64,000 bases of DNA from Azolla caroliniana. Its lineage: Eukaryota; Plantae; Polypodiophyta. Both the position numbers and the translations under genes were made by a program. Each line of letters starts with the position of its first letter. Position 1 is the first letter of the stretch. Positions 62,203 to 64,000 of this stretch are shown here, piece by piece. The stretch is taken from contig JBHGNT010000016.1 in NCBI GenBank assembly GCA_043228905.1, forward strand, positions 12,524,001-12,588,000. Direction: 5' to 3'. Under the pieces are notes generated by a model that worked only from the letters and a program-made list of their open reading frames with translations, did no database searches and had not been told where the DNA came from.

Positions 62203-64000
62203 TGTTGACCTAGCAAGCTCCACCAAATACGGATCGGCTCACTGAGCCAGAGCCGGACCGGTATCTGGAATGGAGAATTGGATCGGCATCTGGAAGGACA
62301 AGCCGGATCGGTAGCTGAAACAACCGGCCGGATCGGGGAGCCGGATTCGAGTGCGAACCGGAAGCCTAGTAGTAGCCTACACTACTAGGTAATCATTGTC
62401 TCGTAGTTAGTGTCAGTCGCTCATATGAGCATTGAAGTACATATTAGTTCTGTCCGTCCTTTTGAGGACTTGTATAAATAGTGTAGTTTAGCACGTTGTA
62501 TGGACCGAGTTTAAAGAGTGTTCTTATTATTTCGAATCTACGTTTACGTTCTTCTCTCTCTATCTCTCTCGCGCATATTCTTTGTGTATTAAGCTTCTCC
62601 ATTAAACCTTCTCTCATTTTCTGCTGCTATCCGGCTGAACCGGTTTGTCAAACGCTTCCACACGTTTACTTTGACATGGTATCAGAGTGCGAGGGTTGAG
62701 AACCTCTGCATTCGACAGCCGCTGTTGAAGACAAACCCTAATACCCGGTAAGGACAAACAGAGAAAGATATGCACAGAGGTATGATGAGTTGACTTCCCA
62801 AAGAGAAGCCCGACCAGAGCAACTATGCGTCCTAGTCATATAAAATGCACTTGTACCTGCTAGGGCATGGATATTGGAGCTACGTGGAAGGAACCAACGA
62901 GGTAGCACAAGAGCCGACACACAAAGACTTCCCGTCATGGGAGCAAGGAGCGAGCCGAGTATTGTACTATCTCGCTTCTGGTGTGCAAGATCAGATGCTC
63001 AAATACATAAAGGATACAAAGACACCGAAGGAGGCTTGGGAAAATCTTCGGAAGATTTTCGCCGCCAATACCATAGCCCGTAAGTTGCAGGTCAAGCAAG
63101 AGATGAACAACATCGGCAAAGAGACATGTCGGTTACAGATTACACCACCAAGATAAAGGAGATTTGTGATGCACTCAGTTCCATCAACCTGACGGAGGAC
63201 GAAAACAAGATGGTACAAACCTGCCTCGATGGTCTAGCGCAAAGGTACGGGCCAATCCGCACAGCGATTTGCACCCGGGAGAAGCCACCGACTTTCTTCG
63301 ACTTGCAATTGATGCACATGGTCGAAGTGAACCACGAGACTGGGTCGAAGACCACTCAATTGAAAATCGGATGTTGTACACGGAGGCGGATTGACCCCGT
63401 CCGCATGGAGGACGAGGTGGGTCGGCACGCAATGGAAGCGGCGAGCAAGAGCAGAACCGAAGGCACGGAGACGGTGATGACAGCAGTCCCGGACCCTCCA
63501 CAAGCTGGTACTGTGGCAAGAAAGGCCACAGGGAAAGTGAATCCTGGAAGAAGCATGCCGATTTGGACAAATCCAGATACAACAAGACCGATCGGGAAAA
63601 CCGGAAAAGCTCGCACTACACGGAAGGATCGGAAGGATCCAGAACCAGGAAGTCCGGTAAAGCCTTTGTGATGAAGCACAAGGCTAACTCGATGCAGAAG
63701 ACTACTTCCAAATTGGAGGAAGTATGGTACGTTGATTCTGGAGCGTCCAACCACATGACGAGCCATGAAGAGTGGTTCTCTTTTTTGGAGAAACCGGAGC
63801 AACTAGGGATTATCGAAACCGAAGATGACACCCCTTACCCGATTTGGGTGCTTCATCGAGGAAGAAGGACGGATAATCACGCAAGGCCGAGGAGACGGGA
63901 GGATGTTTATCCTCAACACTAATGACGTTGGGACCGCTATGTTTGCGAAAGGGCAGAAGGTTGAGTCAGACATCGATCTTTGGCACTAGTGGATCGGCCA
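62203..64000 (+). mobile_element. Degenerate family C copia: 5' LTR 62203-62676, PBS 62677-62690, gag and protease, runs off window end
   Basis: LTR is the reverse-complement homologue of 13688-14132; MHLYLLGHGYW, WYVDSGASNHMT. Confidence 0.88.

Noticed and set aside
686-62690. Array tRNA-Val as primer source for the retrotransposons
   Set aside because: All recognisable PBSs are tRNA-iMet type (TGGTATCAGAG)

Overview
Eukaryotic, almost certainly non-flowering land-plant DNA (fern/lycophyte-like transposon content; inference). It looks heterochromatic and has no host protein-coding gene. The ground layer is a degenerate higher-order tandem repeat of about 1.75-1.85 kb. Each unit carries six minus-strand tRNA-Val-like modules with position-specific anticodons, in + strand order AAC, CAC, AAC-degenerate, TCC, TAC, TAC. 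The array is visible at 1.1-1.9, 12.0-13.45, 43.9-44.7 and 49.0-61.7 kb. Many retroelements are inserted into it: an endonuclease-less Penelope-like element with a hammerhead motif; an intact young Ty1/copia (6080-11917); a nested stack (copia fragment > copia > Tcn1-like gypsy > copia > chromovirus gypsy with identical LTRs); and several decayed copia copies and a solo LTR. Family letters A-F are my own labels. All alignments were done by eye, so coordinates of decayed parts are approximate.
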